Shown here in pieces: positions 18,919-29,691 of a stretch of DNA of 61,007 bases (its first letter is position 1; each line of letters starts with the position of its first letter). The notes beneath the pieces are model-generated. The model had not been told where the DNA came from. It did not search any database and saw nothing but the letters and a program-made list of their open reading frames with translations. The stretch is taken from positions 1-61,007 of the forward strand of contig JAATFW010000287.1 in the NCBI GenBank assembly GCA_015654985.1, written 5' to 3'. This DNA comes from Sphingobacteriales bacterium (GTDB lineage: Bacteria > Bacteroidota > Bacteroidia > Sphingobacteriales > Sphingobacteriaceae). A program made the translations under genes and the position numbers.

Positions 18919-20016
18919 ATGATTAATTACATCAAATTACCTGCTGTACTCCTGCTCGAAGACGGAACTGTGTATCACGGAAAAGCGGCGGGCAAAATCG
19001 GCACTACTACGGGGGAAATTTGTTTTAATACGGGCATGACCGGCTACCAGGAAATCTTTACAGATCCCTCCTACTTCGGCCAGATTATGGTTACCACCAA
19101 TGCACATATCGGTAATTACGGAATCAACAGTGAAGAAATTGAATCGGGCGATATCAAAATTGCCGGACTTGTCTGCAAGAATTTCAACATTGCTTTCAGC
19201 AGAAAAATGTCTGAAAGGTCTATTCAGGATTACTTCCAGGAAGAAAACGTTGTGGGAATTTCTGATGTCGATACCCGCTCGCTGGTTCGCCATATCAGGG
19301 ATAAAGGGGCGATGAATGCGATTATTTCCTCAGAAATCCTTGACATTGATGAGCTGAAACAGAAACTCGCTGAAGTTCCTTCAATGGCAGGTCTGGAGCT
19401 TTCGTCACAGGTGAGTACCAGACAACCCTATTTTTACGGGAAGGAAGACGGCAAACACCGTGTCGCCGTACTTGACCTCGGGGTAAAAAAGAACATTCTC
19501 CGCAACTTTGATCACCGGGATGTATATGCAAAGGTTTTTCCGGCCACTACCTCATTTGAAGAAATGGAAAAATGGGCTCCTGACGGATATTTTATATCTA
19601 ATGGCCCCGGCGATCCTTCAGCGATGGATTATGCCATTGACACAGTAAAAAAAGTATTATCTGCAGATAAACCGTTGTTCGGTATCTGCCTTGGACATCA
19701 GTTGCTTGCCCTGGCAAATGATATCCGCACGATTAAGATGTTCAACGGACACCGCGGATTAAATCACCCGGTTAAAAACATAATTTTAGATCATTGCGAA
19801 GTTACTTCCCAAAACCACGGTTTTGGTGTGGTTGCTGACGATGTGCGCGATTCTGACAAAGTAGAAATTACACACGTTAACCTCAATGATAATTCTATTG
19901 AGGGGATCAGAGTGAAAGACAAAAAAGCTTTTTCGGTACAATACCATCCGGAATCTTCGCCGGGCCCTCATGATTCGCGGTATCTGTTTGATCAGTTCGT
20001 GGATATGATGGATTAA
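18919..20016 (+). CDS. carA: carbamoyl-phosphate synthase small subunit
   Basis: GEICFNTGMTGYQE, SNGPGDP, GICLGHQ, SVQYHPESSPGPHD. Confidence 0.97.
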   Translation: MINYIKLPAVLLLEDGTVYHGKAAGKIGTTTGEICFNTGMTGYQEIFTDPSYFGQIMVTTNAHIGNYGINSEEIESGDIKIAGLVCKNFNIAFSRKMSERSIQDYFQEENVVGISDVDTRSLVRHIRDKGAMNAIISSEILDIDELKQKLAEVPSMAGLELSSQVSTRQPYFYGKEDGKHRVAVLDLGVKKNILRNFDHRDVYAKVFPATTSFEEMEKWAPDGYFISNGPGDPSAMDYAIDTVKKVLSADKPLFGICLGHQLLALANDIRTIKMFNGHRGLNHPVKNIILDHCEVTSQNHGFGVVADDVRDSDKVEITHVNLNDNSIEGIRVKDKKAFSVQYHPESSPGPHDSRYLFDQFVDMMD

Positions 20017-20017
20017 C

Positions 20018-20052
20018 AAAAAGCCGTTTGCAACCATTTGTAAACGGCTTTT
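20018..20052 (+). terminator. intrinsic terminator after carA
   Basis: aaaagccgtttgcaa-ccat-ttgtaaacggctttt. Confidence 0.75.
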
Positions 20053-20289
20053 CGCTGATAGATATCAGATATCAAAACTGAAAATCTTGTTTCAGTTTCG
20101 GAATCTGACATCTGAGGTTGTATAAAGAGCCTTGTGCTCAAAATCACAATTTAATGTAATATTAGTTATTTTTGAAACACTTAAAAATGCTACTTTTGGG
20201 CCGGTCTGCCTGGTGTTGCCACACCTAATGCATCAGTTACTCAAAGGAGTGCAGACATCAGAACAAAATGCCAGTTAGGTACAATTTAA

Positions 20290-21597
<1,308 letters not shown>

Positions 21598-21606
21598 TTA
21601 ATTTTA

Positions 21607-21726
21607 GTTGAAGGTTGAAAGTTGCGGGTTGAAGGAAGGGATTAACTTCCTTCAACCTGTAATTTTCAACCTTTTTTTGATTTTTTCCGCTTTCCGCTTT
21701 CAACCTTCTGCCCGCTGCCCATAACT
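21607..21726 (+). terminator. heptamer-repeat hairpin terminator after eno
   Basis: GTTGAAR heptamers at 21607-21634 pair with YTTCAAC units to ~21672, followed by a T-tract and more heptamers. Confidence 0.65.
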
Positions 21727-21768
21727 TTTTTATCAAAAAACTCACATATGTTTTTATATTTGTATACT

Positions 21769-22083
21769 ATGAAACTGACAGCAGGGTTATTCAGGAACAA
21801 ATATTTCCTTGTCACCATCGTTTTTGGAGTATGGATGATGTTTTTTGACCGGAATGATCTGATGTCTCAGCATGAATACCGCTCTCAGCTCAGTAAATTA
21901 AAAGAGGAAAGGGACTTTTACATCCGTGAGACAGAGCAGGTTAAGAAGGATCTGGATGAACTGACAACCAATCGCGAAAGACTGGAAAAGTTTGCACGCG
22001 AGAAATACCTCATGAAAAAAGACAATGAGGATGTCTATGTTATTATTCCGGAAAAGGAAAAAAAGGATAGTTCTTTATTCTGA
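21769..22083 (+). CDS. ftsB: septum formation initiator (FtsB/DivIC)
   Basis: RNKYFL, TM helix, WMMFFDRND, coiled coil, LEKFAREKYLMKKDNEDV; follows eno. Confidence 0.85.
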   Translation: MKLTAGLFRNKYFLVTIVFGVWMMFFDRNDLMSQHEYRSQLSKLKEERDFYIRETEQVKKDLDELTTNRERLEKFAREKYLMKKDNEDVYVIIPEKEKKDSSLF

Positions 22084-22115
22084 TTCTTCTTTTTGATGAG
22101 TTTAATGTTTAAAAT

Positions 22116-22589
22116 GTGAGTTTTTTTATTAATTTTTTTGCGGGCCTCTGTATAACAGCTTTCGCTTTGCTACCGGAGAATATTTTTGCTCAACAGCAGC
22201 TCCCAAACGTCTCTCCAAATGAAGTTACGGTCCCCGGCCAGAACAGTAATGATAAATTAACAATAAGTTATATCGGTGAGATCAAAGGACGTTCGTATAT
22301 TAAGATAACGTTGGAACCCCTCCGCGAAGAATTGTTACAGTCCGGAAAAAACAAAAACCTGATTCAGTATAAAGGCGCCTGCTATGAAGCTGCGAACGAC
22401 AAAACCTATGCTGTAACTGCGACTTTTAATCCCGAAGACGGATCATGGAAAATAAAGTGCTATAACAAGTATGGGCAGTATGTTTCTTTTTTCCAGGGCC
22501 GCGAAACTTCAGAAGAGTCTATAGAAGGCACATGGAAAGATAAACGTCAAAGCCTGATTTTTTATCTTTTTAAAAAGCCCGGTAATTAG
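22116..22589 (+). CDS. secreted hypothetical protein
   Basis: Signal peptide ending in ..FAQ; 157 aa. Confidence 0.65.
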   Translation: MSFFINFFAGLCITAFALLPENIFAQQQLPNVSPNEVTVPGQNSNDKLTISYIGEIKGRSYIKITLEPLREELLQSGKNKNLIQYKGACYEAANDKTYAVTATFNPEDGSWKIKCYNKYGQYVSFFQGRETSEESIEGTWKDKRQSLIFYLFKKPGN

Positions 22590-24661
22590 AGTTCACCATC
22601 CAGTTTTCTGCTGAACCATTCTATCGTTAACAGTGAGACAATAATAAAGAAGATCCATTTCAGATTGATCAGATCTTCAAATTTCCGGTCCTCGTAAGAA
22701 ATAGTTTTGACCAGTTCATTTTTTCTCACCATATCACTAAGGCGATCCAGTTCCCGGGGCGTGATCATTTCACCGCCGCTTTGTTTTGCAAGGGTATAAA
22801 GCAGATGATGATTAGCAGTTGTTTGCCGTAATTCTGCCTGCTGCTGTATGACTACAAATTTTCCTTCTGAATAAAGCTTTTTATTATTCCCCGGTTCCGT
22901 TTGGGCCGTGAATGAATACTCGCCGGGAGGTAAAGTGCCCGCGTCAAGGATGTAAGTATTTCCAGTCCTCGAAAAAACAAAGGGATAGCTGCGGTTCCGG
23001 GCGCTTTTAATAACCACGGAAACATCTGGTGTGTTAATTAGCTCATAAGCATCATTATATAATTCAGCATTCAGGAATACATGATCATTTTCACCAAATG
23101 TTGTAGCAGAAGGATACGTCCTGAACTTCCTCTTGTCGTCCTTACCTGCCAGGTACTGCACTATTTTTGACAGCAATCCGTCTACTAATTCATGACTTCC
23201 ATTGATGCGGAAATCATTAAGGCGCCAGCGCCAGATTCCTTCCCCCGCCAATATCCCAACTTTTCGTTCAAAAGCATCAGACAGCAGCAAGAGAGGTCTG
23301 TCGGTCAATAAATGGCCTATCTGCTGAGAAAATAAAATGGAGGCAGGAGATTTAATCCGGTAAGCACCGGAAGGGGCTAGAAGTGGCCCTAAGTCCGGAG
23401 CTTCTTTAAGCAGTTTCCCGTCGGGGACAAATGTATAGAAATTACTGTTTATACCGGCAGTAACCTCCTGCAGACTTCCCCCCGGGCTAATCTGGAGAAG
23501 ATTCTGAGAAGCTGAGAAAGCTGCAATATTACTCTGAGCTCCCAGAATAAAAAGCAATGGTTTTTGTGCTGCTGCCTGCAATAATTGCGTAGCCGGTACA
23601 GTAAGTGACGGAATCTGGTGGAGGATCAGCAGATCGGCATCTTTTAAATCAGTTATGTTAAGGCCTGCATTCAGGATAACCTTTACTTCGTAATTTTTAT
23701 TCGCTTCTATACTTTGCTTTAGCGCGCTGACATCGGGATGAGGGGAGTTTGCCAGAATTACAATTTTCTGTTTTCCGTCCAGTATCTCCACAAAAAAATC
23801 TTCTGTATTATTCTGTGTTGAAAGTTCTTCCCCTACAGATGCCAGCTTTACAGTAAAACGATGGATACCCTTTGATGAGGCCCTTAAAGTTAATGGAAGA
23901 GTCAGGCGAAACTCGTTGGAATTAATGCTAAATGATTTTTCAAAAAGACGGCCCGTTTTATCAGAGACCGTCAGGCGGCTGCTTTTTCCCCTGCACAGAA
24001 AAGCTTCTATACTTACTTCAACCTGAAAATCATTTCCTGTATAGGCAATGGTGTTATAATTGATGTTTGAGATCAGCAGATCTTTCTTTGGGACTGTGTC
24101 GCCCAGGGCTATGGTAAAAACAGGTGCATTAATGGCTGTCGCCTGATATTGCGGATTCCCTCCCCTGTTATATATTCCATCAGTCGCCAGAATAACGGCT
24201 CCTACGTTACGGTTAGCGAAACGGTCGTTAATATAACGAAAAAGAGAGGTGATATCTGTAATGCTTTCGTTAAAGGAATAATGCGATCCGCTTTTCACCT
24301 CTTCTCCGATTGTAAGCGCCCTTACTTCATAATCAGCGGACAGTTTTTTACGGATTTCTTCAATCTGCGCAGAATAAACCTTAAGATCAAAATCCTTTGG
24401 TCTTACCAGTGCCAGTGATGAAGAATTATCCTGTGCAAAAATAATAACGGGTTTCTCAACTGTTTTTTCCGTGAGCTTAATGAACGGGGCATACAGCAGG
24501 AAACAGATGAGAGAAACCGAAAGGGCACGGATTGAGAACAACCACTTCTGGCTTTCTACAGAAAATGAACCTTTTCTTCTGTAAAGCAAAAAAGCGTAAC
24601 CCAACCCCAGCAACAGGCTACATACTAACCATAGACACGAGTATATGTTAAACTGAGGCAT
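22586..24661 (-). CDS. vWA-domain membrane protein
   Basis: N-terminal TMs, MIDAS-like DNSSS and TDG, Ig-like middle, C-terminal TM LLTIEWFSRK. Confidence 0.8.
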   Translation of the reverse strand: MPQFNIYSCLWLVCSLLLGLGYAFLLYRRKGSFSVESQKWLFSIRALSVSLICFLLYAPFIKLTEKTVEKPVIIFAQDNSSSLALVRPKDFDLKVYSAQIEEIRKKLSADYEVRALTIGEEVKSGSHYSFNESITDITSLFRYINDRFANRNVGAVILATDGIYNRGGNPQYQATAINAPVFTIALGDTVPKKDLLISNINYNTIAYTGNDFQVEVSIEAFLCRGKSSRLTVSDKTGRLFEKSFSINSNEFRLTLPLTLRASSKGIHRFTVKLASVGEELSTQNNTEDFFVEILDGKQKIVILANSPHPDVSALKQSIEANKNYEVKVILNAGLNITDLKDADLLILHQIPSLTVPATQLLQAAAQKPLLFILGAQSNIAAFSASQNLLQISPGGSLQEVTAGINSNFYTFVPDGKLLKEAPDLGPLLAPSGAYRIKSPASILFSQQIGHLLTDRPLLLLSDAFERKVGILAGEGIWRWRLNDFRINGSHELVDGLLSKIVQYLAGKDDKRKFRTYPSATTFGENDHVFLNAELYNDAYELINTPDVSVVIKSARNRSYPFVFSRTGNTYILDAGTLPPGEYSFTAQTEPGNNKKLYSEGKFVVIQQQAELRQTTANHHLLYTLAKQSGGEMITPRELDRLSDMVRKNELVKTISYEDRKFEDLINLKWIFFIIVSLLTIEWFSRKLDGEL

Positions 24662-24767
24662 ATATTTTTAGCTGTTTGCTGTCGGCGGTCAGCCACGGCA
24701 TTAAAGCATCTTCTTATCTTGTTTGTTTAACCGGAGCTAAGCTAACGCTGGCAGTTAAGAACTTTTT

Positions 24768-25511
24768 TTAAAGCATTCCACCGTCAACAGCCAGCACCTG
24801 TCCTGTAATATACGCACTCAGATCTGAAGCAAGGAAAACACAGGCATTAGCAACATCATCTGTTTCACCGGCACGTTTCAAAGGGATACCCTGCTCCCAG
24901 CCCTGCACAACTTTCGGATCAAGAACTTCTGTCATTTCAGTCTTAATGAACCCGGGAGCAACCACGTTGGTACGGATATTCCTGGAACCAAGTTCTTTTG
25001 CCATCGATTTTGAGAAGCCAATAATACCTGCTTTAGAGGCGGCGTAATTACCCTGTCCGGCATTTCCCTGAACACCCACTACCGAGCTCATATTTATAAA
25101 AACTCCTTTACGGTTCTTCATCATGATTTTAGAAGCAGCCTTAGTAAGGTTGAAAACCGATTTAAGATTTACTTCAAGCACTTCATCCCATTGTTGCTCG
25201 CTCATACGCATTAACAAGCCGTCTTTTGTAATGCCTGCGTTGTTAACCACGATATCAACGGTACCGAAATCAGTAACAATGTCATTAATTAACTTTTCAG
25301 CTTCATCAAATCTAGAAGCATCGGATTTATAACCTTTTACTTTTGTACCTGACTGCTGCAGTTCCTGCTCTAAAGCCAGGCCTTTTTCAACAGACGACAG
25401 GTAAGTAAACGCCACGTTAGCGCCATGGTCAGCAAATTTTTCAGCAATCTTACGGCCTATGCCTTTTGAAGCGCCTGTAATGAGCGCGGTTTTTCCTTCG
25501 AGTAATTTCAT
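24768..25511 (-). CDS. fabG: 3-oxoacyl-ACP reductase
   Basis: TGASKGIG, NNAGITKDGLLMRM, NYAASKAG. Confidence 0.96.
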   Translation of the reverse strand: MKLLEGKTALITGASKGIGRKIAEKFADHGANVAFTYLSSVEKGLALEQELQQSGTKVKGYKSDASRFDEAEKLINDIVTDFGTVDIVVNNAGITKDGLLMRMSEQQWDEVLEVNLKSVFNLTKAASKIMMKNRKGVFINMSSVVGVQGNAGQGNYAASKAGIIGFSKSMAKELGSRNIRTNVVAPGFIKTEMTEVLDPKVVQGWEQGIPLKRAGETDDVANACVFLASDLSAYITGQVLAVDGGML

Positions 25512-25556
25512 AAAGTGTAATAATTGACAGCGAAGTTATATTTTTTTTCAGATATC

Positions 25557-25958
25557 CTACATTTTCTCCAGATGCTCAAGGATAGAAACCGGTCTTTTAT
25601 CTTCACCTAATGCTACAAAAGTAAGCACGCCGTGTATGGCGAGCTCTCTGTGTTCCTCATACATCTGTTCGACGTAAATATCAACACCTACTTTTAAACT
25701 CGTGCGGCCCACTTCTGTAACCCTTGCTATCAACTCTACAATGGTTCCTGAAGGAATCGGTTTATTAAAGTTGATACGGTCTGATGATACTGTAACCACT
25801 GGTAGCCGGGTAAAACGGGTAGCAGCAATAAAGGCTGCTTCATCCATCATATGCATGGCCACTCCGCCGTGGAGGGTATCATAGTGATTGGTATTTGTAG
25901 CGAAAACAGGTTTAAATATCCGGGTTTCCGATTTTTCGATACGTTCTTCAATATTCAT
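25557..25958 (-). CDS. acyl-CoA thioesterase (hotdog fold)
   Basis: TNHYDTLHGG...MDEAAF...VGRTSL. Confidence 0.92.
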   Translation of the reverse strand: MNIEERIEKSETRIFKPVFATNTNHYDTLHGGVAMHMMDEAAFIAATRFTRLPVVTVSSDRINFNKPIPSGTIVELIARVTEVGRTSLKVGVDIYVEQMYEEHRELAIHGVLTFVALGEDKRPVSILEHLEKM

Positions 25959-25979
25959 TCTCCAAAGGTAAGGCCCTTT

Positions 25980-26060
25980 AAGCAGAAAGCGTAAAGCTGA
26001 AAGGGTAAAGCTGAAAGCAGAAAGGGTAAAGCCGAAAGCAGAAAGGGTAAAGCCGAAAGT
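25980..26060. repeat. heptamer tandem repeat (AGSNNAA) x~11
   Basis: agcagaa agcgtaa agctgaa agggtaa agctgaa agcagaa agggtaa agccgaa... Confidence 0.9.
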
Positions 26061-26066
26061 AACTCC

Positions 26067-26540
26067 TTATTTCTCTGCAGGAATAAAATTCATTGAGATG
26101 GAATTTACGCAGTGCCTTGTATTCTTGGAAGTAAAGCCTTCGTCGAGGAAAACGTGACCGAGATGGGCGCCGCAGTTAGCACAAACGATCTCCGTCCTCA
26201 TGCCATCGGCATCCGGGATCCGCTTTACAGCGCCTTTTATTTCATCATCAAAGCTTGGCCATCCGCAATGGGAATCGAATTTATCTTCCGACCGGTAAAG
26301 CGGGGCATTGCAGCGCTTACAGGCATAAATCCCTTTTGCCTTGTTATTGAGATACTTGCCAGTGCCGGGGTACTCTGTTGCCTTGTTAATTATTACCCGT
26401 TCTTCTTCGGGTGTTAATTTATTGTAATTCATATTTTTAGTTATTTTTACAGGCTCCTGTTGCTTGGTCTTTTTATCCTGCCCGCACGAATGCAGAGCAA
26501 TGAACAAAAGACAACCAATTATCCAGATAGTTTTTTGCAT
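26067..26540 (-). CDS. msrB: methionine-R-sulfoxide reductase with lipoprotein signal
   Basis: [38 protein letters not shown]; lipobox LHSC. Confidence 0.93.
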   Translation of the reverse strand: MQKTIWIIGCLLFIALHSCGQDKKTKQQEPVKITKNMNYNKLTPEEERVIINKATEYPGTGKYLNNKAKGIYACKRCNAPLYRSEDKFDSHCGWPSFDDEIKGAVKRIPDADGMRTEIVCANCGAHLGHVFLDEGFTSKNTRHCVNSISMNFIPAEK

Positions 26541-26647
26541 GCTTGCTTTTTATCTATAACGTATAATTCCTGCTGATTAATATAAGGAGCCTGCATCCTG
26601 TTTCTGTTCAAAAATTCGGCTACATTTGTTCCTGATAAAAACATTCA

Positions 26648-27121
26648 ATGAAAATCACTCTCCTTGTACTCGGAAAAACAGAAGAGAAATACCTGAAAGA
26701 TGGGATCGGGAAATATACAAAGCGGCTCAAACATTATGTAAAGTTCGAAATCATTGAAATTCCTGAGCTAAAGAACACAAAGAACCTTACTGAAGATCAG
26801 CAAAAAGAAAAGGAAGCAGAGCTAATCAAAAAGTATATCAGTACCACCGGTCACATGATATTGCTGGATGAGAAGGGCGAAGAATTCACCTCGCCGCAGT
26901 TTTCAGTTTTTCTGAGTAAAAAGATGCTGGGCAGTGTTCAAAACCTGGTGTTTGTAATTGGAGGCCCATATGGATTTGACAATACTATCTATGCTTTGGC
27001 TAACGGTAAGATTTCCCTGTCTAAGATGACCTTTTCGCATCAGATGGTCAGGCTGTTCTTTGCAGAGCAGGTATACAGGGCATTTACAATTTTAAAGGGG
27101 GAACCATACCATAACGAATAA
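26648..27121 (+). CDS. rlmH: 23S rRNA pseudouridine-1915 N3-methyltransferase
   Basis: LLDEKG, FVIGGPYG, SKMTFSHQMVRL, GEPYH. Confidence 0.97.
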   Translation: MKITLLVLGKTEEKYLKDGIGKYTKRLKHYVKFEIIEIPELKNTKNLTEDQQKEKEAELIKKYISTTGHMILLDEKGEEFTSPQFSVFLSKKMLGSVQNLVFVIGGPYGFDNTIYALANGKISLSKMTFSHQMVRLFFAEQVYRAFTILKGEPYHNE

Positions 27122-27139
27122 AAAAACCGTTATATAATT

Positions 27140-27262
27140 ATGTTACCAAAACCGAGAAATTATCGATATAAGGGAATAAACCCGGGCAGTGAGCAAAAAC
27201 GCTTCTGGCTGTTAATGCTGATAGGCCTGCTTCTTGGAGCAGCGATTATTTATTTGTTCTGA
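27140..27262 (+). CDS. 40-aa small protein with C-terminal TM helix (below the ORF-track cutoff)
   Basis: MLPKPRNYRYKGINPGSEQKRFWLLMLIGLLLGAAIIYLF*, starting 18 nt after the rlmH stop. Confidence 0.6.
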   Translation: MLPKPRNYRYKGINPGSEQKRFWLLMLIGLLLGAAIIYLF

Positions 27263-27335
27263 GAACGTTTTCCGGCGGAATTATAAATATGGTCTGAGCA
27301 GGTTGAGTCAGACCATATTTACAGTTATGCCCTCA

Positions 27336-27758
27336 TTATTCAGCAGGTTCACTATTCTTTACAGGAAGTTCCGGAGCTTCTTCGGTAAACAGCGGCAGCT
27401 CTTTGATAATATTATACCAGTTGATAATTTTCTTCATATCCGAAGCATAGACTTTCTCCTGATCATGGCCTGGCGCTACCTCATTGAAATAAGCGCGGAG
27501 GCTTTTCCCGTCAGCTTTGGCATCCGGAACAGAAGCGCTGTCTTTCATCCTGGCGAAAATATCAATCAACCTAAGGTCTTCATCTTCTCCAAATACAGTG
27601 ATATCTTCCAGTGATGCAAGTTTAGACGTAGAAAGGTTAACAATAAGTTTCACCTTATGTCCATCTAAGCTCTCCAGCACAAAACCCGATTTATTCTGCC
27701 CGATCACTTTATGTAATCCGGGTTTACCAGAAACGGATACTATTCCTCTTAAATTCAT
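27336..27758 (-). CDS. DUF5606-family protein
   Basis: IVSVSGKPGL...SLEDI...VYASDMKKIINWYN. Confidence 0.85.
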   Translation of the reverse strand: MNLRGIVSVSGKPGLHKVIGQNKSGFVLESLDGHKVKLIVNLSTSKLASLEDITVFGEDEDLRLIDIFARMKDSASVPDAKADGKSLRAYFNEVAPGHDQEKVYASDMKKIINWYNIIKELPLFTEEAPELPVKNSEPAE

Positions 27759-28196
27759 TTATTCCTCAATTATATCAATCCCTAAAATCTTATCTCCCTG
27801 ACGGATGTCGTCTACAACATCTACATTCTCAACAACCTTTCCGAAGCAGGTATGGTTACGGTCTAAATGAGCTGTGTTGTTGCGACTGTGGCAGATAAAG
27901 AACTGGGAGCTTCCTGTATCGCGGCCTGCATGGGCCATTGACAATACACCACGGTCGTGATACTGGTTATCTCCGGTAAGCTCACATTTAATACGGGTAC
28001 CCGAACCACCGGCACCTGTTCCTGTAGGATCGCCGCCCTGTATAACGAAATCAGGAATTACACGGTGAAATGTAACACCATCATAAAAGCCTTCCTTAGC
28101 AAGCTTCAGGAAATTAGCTACTGTATTCGGAGCGTCTTTATCGTAGAACCCTACGGTCATGTCGCCTTTTTCTGTTCTTATAATTGCTTTGCTCAT
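27759..28196 (-). CDS. cyclophilin-type peptidyl-prolyl isomerase
   Basis: FYDGVTFHRVIPDFVIQGGDP, SMAHAGRDTGSSQFF. Confidence 0.95.
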   Translation of the reverse strand: MSKAIIRTEKGDMTVGFYDKDAPNTVANFLKLAKEGFYDGVTFHRVIPDFVIQGGDPTGTGAGGSGTRIKCELTGDNQYHDRGVLSMAHAGRDTGSSQFFICHSRNNTAHLDRNHTCFGKVVENVDVVDDIRQGDKILGIDIIEE

Positions 28197-28235
28197 GATT
28201 TTCTGTTTTGAGCGGCAAAGTTAACTATTTATCGC

Positions 28236-28295
28236 AAACTAAGATAAAAACTGTTTTAGGTATCCTTTGAAGAACAGTTTTACAGATGAAATTTA
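28236..28295 (+). repeat. internally deleted copy of the ~155-bp dispersed element
   Basis: Left end aaactaagataaaaactgtttta joined to right end tcctttgaagaacagttttacagatgaaattta (31/33 identical to 35002-35034). Confidence 0.75.
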
Positions 28296-28370
28296 GAGCG
28301 GTATCTGCCGACAGACATAAATTCAACTCCTTTCAGTACTTTTGACCGTTATTTCGCCGTTATTAACAAC

Positions 28371-29627
28371 ATGCTCAGGATCCGGTTTTCTATCATTTTC
28401 ATTGTTTTCACTCTGACATCAAGGGCTGCATCTATCCTCATACCGATGGATGAGGACCAGAAAAACCATCTCAAGGCATACGGACTCACTTACTGGGCTC
28501 TGAAAAACGGGCTGGAAGCCAACTGGCTTTTGAATTACAGGGGAGGAAGTTTTCTGATGAACTATGCCTCAAACATTGAAAACGAATGCAAGATCCGCGG
28601 GATCTCCTATGAGGTACTGGCAGATGCAAAAACAAATTCGATCCTCAGCGAAATTGCCGACCCGCAGGTAAACATGGAAATTGTAAAGCTTGAAAAAGCT
28701 CCGAAAATTGCTGTTTATTCGCCCAAAAACAAGCTGCCCTGGGACGATGCCGTAACGTTGGTACTAAGTTATGCCGAAATTCCCTATGATATTGTTTATG
28801 ATGAAGAAGTGCTGAAAGGCGAATTGCCCAAATACGACTGGCTGCACCTTCATCATGAGGACTTCACCGGACAGTATGGAAGATTCTGGTCGGCATTCCG
28901 TACCGCTTCATGGTATATTGAAGATGTAAAACTCCAGGAAGCTACAGCGAAGAAGCTGGGATATAAAAAAGTTTCGCAAATGAAGCTGGCAGTGGCTAAG
29001 ACTATCAGGGATTTCTGTTCCGGCGGTGGATTTCTTTTTGCCATGTGCTCGGGAACCGACAGCTTCGACATTGCCCTTGCGGCCGAAGGAACGGATATAT
29101 GTGAAAGTATGTTTGACGGCGACGGGTCTGATCCCGGCGCCCAGTCAAAACTGGACTTCAACAAGACATTCGCTTTTCAGAATTTTAAGCTGGATATGAA
29201 CCCCTATAACTATGAGTTCTCAAATATCGATGTTACTCCAACCCGGACCCTGCCGCGTTCTGAAGACTTTTTTACCTTATTTGATTTTTCTGCTAAATGG
29301 GATATCATTCCTACCATTCTTACCCAAAATCACGATAAAGTAGTAAAAGGCTTTATGGGGCAAACTACAGCGTTCCGTAAGAGCCTGCTTAAGCCTGATG
29401 TTCTTGTAATGGGCGAAACGAAAGTTGCCGGAGAGGTCCGGTACATTCATGGAGATTTCGGAAAAGGGCAATGGACTTTCTACGGGGGTCACGACCCTGA
29501 GGATTACCAGCATGCTGTTGGAGATCCTCCTACTGATCTGAGCCTGCACCCCAACTCCCCGGGTTACCGGCTTATCCTGAATAATGTATTATTTCCGGCG
29601 GCAAAAAAGAAGAAACAGAAAACCTAG
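28371..29627 (+). CDS. secreted class-I GATase-like protein (family often labelled asparagine synthetase B)
   Basis: Signal peptide; WDDAVTLVL, LHLHHEDFTGQYG, FAMCSG, GGHDPEDY, GYRLILNNVLFPAA. Confidence 0.8.
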   Translation: MLRIRFSIIFIVFTLTSRAASILIPMDEDQKNHLKAYGLTYWALKNGLEANWLLNYRGGSFLMNYASNIENECKIRGISYEVLADAKTNSILSEIADPQVNMEIVKLEKAPKIAVYSPKNKLPWDDAVTLVLSYAEIPYDIVYDEEVLKGELPKYDWLHLHHEDFTGQYGRFWSAFRTASWYIEDVKLQEATAKKLGYKKVSQMKLAVAKTIRDFCSGGGFLFAMCSGTDSFDIALAAEGTDICESMFDGDGSDPGAQSKLDFNKTFAFQNFKLDMNPYNYEFSNIDVTPTRTLPRSEDFFTLFDFSAKWDIIPTILTQNHDKVVKGFMGQTTAFRKSLLKPDVLVMGETKVAGEVRYIHGDFGKGQWTFYGGHDPEDYQHAVGDPPTDLSLHPNSPGYRLILNNVLFPAAKKKKQKT

Positions 29628-29691
29628 GATTAAGTTATACGTAATAAGTTATAAGTATAAATCGTCTGAAATCCTTTTAATTCAACACTGG

